From Candidatus Poribacteria bacterium (lineage in GTDB: Bacteria > Poribacteria > WGA-4E > WGA-3G), in NCBI GenBank assembly GCA_965242965.1, contig OZ251518.1, forward strand, positions 3,488,001 through 3,552,000: a stretch of 64,000 nt of DNA, in the 5' to 3' direction. Below the pieces are notes generated by a model that was given only the letters and a program-made list of their open reading frames with translations, was not told the origin of the DNA and searched no databases. The position numbers and the translations under genes are program-made. Positions 58,856 through 64,000 of the stretch are shown here, piece after piece; position 1 is the first letter of the stretch; each line of letters begins with the position of its first letter.

Positions 58856-58880
58856 TAAGCACCTTTAGTTCTGATAGATG

Positions 58881-58910
58881 AAGGGACAGGCTCGGTGCCT
58901 GTCCCCTTTT
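58881..58910 (-). terminator. Hairpin terminator after 5S rRNA
   Basis: GGGACAGGC-TCGGT-GCCTGTCCC stem; the minus-strand U-tract is weak. Confidence 0.6.
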
Positions 58911-58921
58911 CCAAAAAGGTT

Positions 58922-59039
58922 TTCCGGCGGCGACTTACTTTCCCACGGGGTTGCCCCCGCAGTATCATCAGCGCAGAAGGGCTTAACGGCCGTGTTCGGG
59001 ATGGGAACGGGTGGTGCCCCTTCGCTATAGCCACCGGAA
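58922..59039 (-). rRNA. rrf: 5S ribosomal RNA
   Basis: Minus strand TCCGGTGGCTATAGCGAAGGGGCACCACCCGTTCCCATCCCGAACACGG...GAAAGTAAGTCGCCGCCGGA. Confidence 0.96.
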
Positions 59040-59126
59040 AGGTGTTTTGTCATATATTGTATTGACAAGAAAATTTGACAATTGCATAGATTAGGTGAGG
59101 GTGTCGGTAGAAGAAATAATAAAGAA

Positions 59127-62124
<2,998 letters not shown>

Positions 62125-62215
62125 GGTGATATTATTATTCTACCGATTTACCCTCTCTATGCAATTGTCAAAGAACCCCGCCTTGCACAGGAGCGGGCGC
62201 TCCCTTACAAGACGA

Positions 62216-62288
62216 TGGAGATGAGCGGAGTTGAACCGCTGACCTTCTGGTTGCAAACCAGATGCTCTCCCAACTGAGCTACACCCCC
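62216..62288 (-). tRNA. tRNA-Ala (UGC), CCA not encoded
   Basis: GGGGGTGTAGCTCAGTTGGGAGAGCATCTGGTTTGCAACCAGAAGGTCAGCGGTTCAACTCCGCTCATCTCCA; G3:U70 identity pair. Confidence 0.95.
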
Positions 62289-62306
62289 AAGTGGCATTAC
62301 TCTTTA

Positions 62307-62738
62307 AGTATACCACAAAAAAACGCATTTGTCAAATTTATTTTTCAAAAAAACGGATTTGCTGACACAAACCCTCGCGATGGTATATAGTATACCACGA
62401 AAACTGCGCAATGTCAAATTAAAATCAAATTAAAATGACAATTTCGTCATCGTTGAGGTTAATTATACCACAAAAAAGATGCAATGTCAAATTAAAATGA
62501 CGATTTCTGCGAATTTCTGCTGAATTACGCCACAAAAAGTGCGCGATGTCAAATTAAAACGACAATTTCGTCATCGTTGAGGTTAATTATACCACAAAAA
62601 TGACGCAATGTCAAATTAAAATGACATTTTCTGCGGAATTCTTGTTAATTCTGCCCCAAAAAGTGCGCGATGTCAAATTAAAACGACAATTTCGTCATCG
62701 TTGAGGTTAATTATACCACAAAAATGACGCAATGTCAA
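62307..62738 (-). promoter_or_regulatory. Tandem array of seven sigma70 promoter units upstream of tRNA-Ala-23S-5S
   Basis: TTGACA (plus-strand TGTCAA at 62330, 62412, 62485, 62547, 62609, 62671, 62733), each followed by N17 and TATAAT, TATACT or a degenerate -10. Confidence 0.85.
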
Positions 62739-62740
62739 AT

Positions 62741-64000
62741 TTATTTAAAAAAAGTGCTCGTATCCCACAGCAGAATGGTGCCATCGAAACTGCCGCTCGC
62801 CAAAAGCGCGCCATCCGGCGAAAAGGCAAGAGACTGAATGTCAGTGGAATGTCCCCAGAAAGTGGCGATGTTCTCACCCGTTGCAACCTCCCAGAATCTG
62901 ATGGACATCTTATCCGTGCCTTGCCACGCTGCCCCCGATACGAGATACCTGCCACATGGCGAAAATGTCAACGCCTCCGGTCTTTGGCATCCTTGCGGCA
63001 GGCATATCACCATGAGCGTTTCATACCTTTTCGCGTCCCATAGCCAAATTTCCCGGAAAATTCCACCGGCAATCACGTTCCCGCATGGCGAAAATACAAC
63101 AGTCTTTGGAACAGCATTGTATTCTATCCGTTTAAGTGCGCGTTGAATTTGACGCGCATCGCCTTTATATTTCTCTAAATCTTTGGGACGGTGAGTGGAC
63201 AGTTCCGTGATGAGCCGCCAATCGTCAACATCCCAAAGGAACGCTTTCGTATAGGGAGACGCGACAGCGAGGGACTTTCCATCAGGCGAAAAAGCGATGT
63301 GCCAAATCCAATCCGATTTTCCGTTCAGCGTCTGTAGCGCGGTTCCGTTTTGTAAATCCCACTCTATCAGGCCGCCGCCACCATCTGCGCTCACTAATCG
63401 TTCCTCTGTTGGAGAGAACGCGACAGCATAAATCGGTTTTTCCTGATGTCCCGTTAACTTCGCAATCGGCGCGTCGGGTTTCTCAACGTCCCACACCCTG
63501 ACTATGCCATCGTAGGCACTGGCGGCGAGTTTGTTTCCACACGGCGAAAAACTGATTGAACGGATTGTCATCGGTTCTTCTGCGAAAACGACTTGCGGTT
63601 CTCGCCGCGCAACATCCCAAAAGATTATGTCTCCTATCCAATGGCCGGCAGCCAACTTTTTTCCATCTGGGGAGAATTTGACGCAGCCACAGACATAGGG
63701 ATGCTTCCGAATAAGGGCTTCGTGCGGCGTGGCCTCGCCGATATTCCACACCTGAATTGTGCGAGGACCGGCGATGGCCACGTGCGACTCTGTGGTTTGC
63801 GAAAAATGCGTGGCATGCGAAATTTCGCGCAGCTCTTTATGTTCCAACGCCGCTAATTTTTTGTTGCGTTCCATATCCCACACAATGAGCGTGGTGCCGC
63901 TGACCTCGGATGCGAGCAAAGTTCCCTTTGACGAATAAGCGAATCTCTTCCGGCCATTTGTCGAGGAGACGGTTGAAGGTTCTCCGGTTTCCGCGAGTCG
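62741..64000 (-). CDS. WD40-repeat protein, 5'-truncated by window edge
   Basis: Repeats such as GHSTDIQSLAFSPDGALLASGSFDGTILLWD; frame stays open to base 64000. Confidence 0.92.
   Translation of the reverse strand, partial: RLAETGEPSTVSSTNGRKRFAYSSKGTLLASEVSGTTLIVWDMERNKKLAALEHKELREISHATHFSQTTESHVAIAGPRTIQVWNIGEATPHEALIRKHPYVCGCVKFSPDGKKLAAGHWIGDIIFWDVARREPQVVFAEEPMTIRSISFSPCGNKLAASAYDGIVRVWDVEKPDAPIAKLTGHQEKPIYAVAFSPTEERLVSADGGGGLIEWDLQNGTALQTLNGKSDWIWHIAFSPDGKSLAVASPYTKAFLWDVDDWRLITELSTHRPKDLEKYKGDARQIQRALKRIEYNAVPKTVVFSPCGNVIAGGIFREIWLWDAKRYETLMVICLPQGCQRPEALTFSPCGRYLVSGAAWQGTDKMSIRFWEVATGENIATFWGHSTDIQSLAFSPDGALLASGSFDGTILLWDTSTFFK

Overview
Bacterial chromosomal window, about 55% GC by eye, inferred to be from Candidatus Poribacteria or a relative. 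The inference rests on FNPETWxPYQL-type C-terminal domains, AVEPxxxLTTxWAxLK tails, a PhyH dioxygenase, three sulfatases, and LRR/TPR/WD40/dockerin proteins. Housekeeping genes (dprA, guaA, rplU-rpmA, RNase E/G, moeB) alternate with accessory genes: the 3' part of a Type ISP/IIG-like restriction-modification enzyme, DUF433/DUF5615 and HicAB toxin-antitoxin genes, an ECF sigma/anti-sigma/giant TPR locus, a PorX-like two-component pair and secreted repeat proteins. The window ends in a tRNA-Ala-23S-5S unit with no adjacent 16S, preceded by seven sigma70 promoter units, five of them spaced exactly 62 bp apart. The most striking layer is non-coding. Roughly 8 kb (by-eye estimate) of intergenic DNA is built from at least four interleaved repeat families: (i) several GTAG-tagged REP hairpins, (ii) a GAGGGTGTTTCATAA-ended MITE that carries REPs as cargo and is flanked by direct repeats of variable length, (iii) a ~240-bp element with long inverted ends, and (iv) 9-mer-based inverted-repeat elements. 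Some of these appear to bracket, truncate or donate sequence to genes. No transposase, integrase, reverse transcriptase or cas gene is visible. All calls are by eye from motifs, with no database searches.
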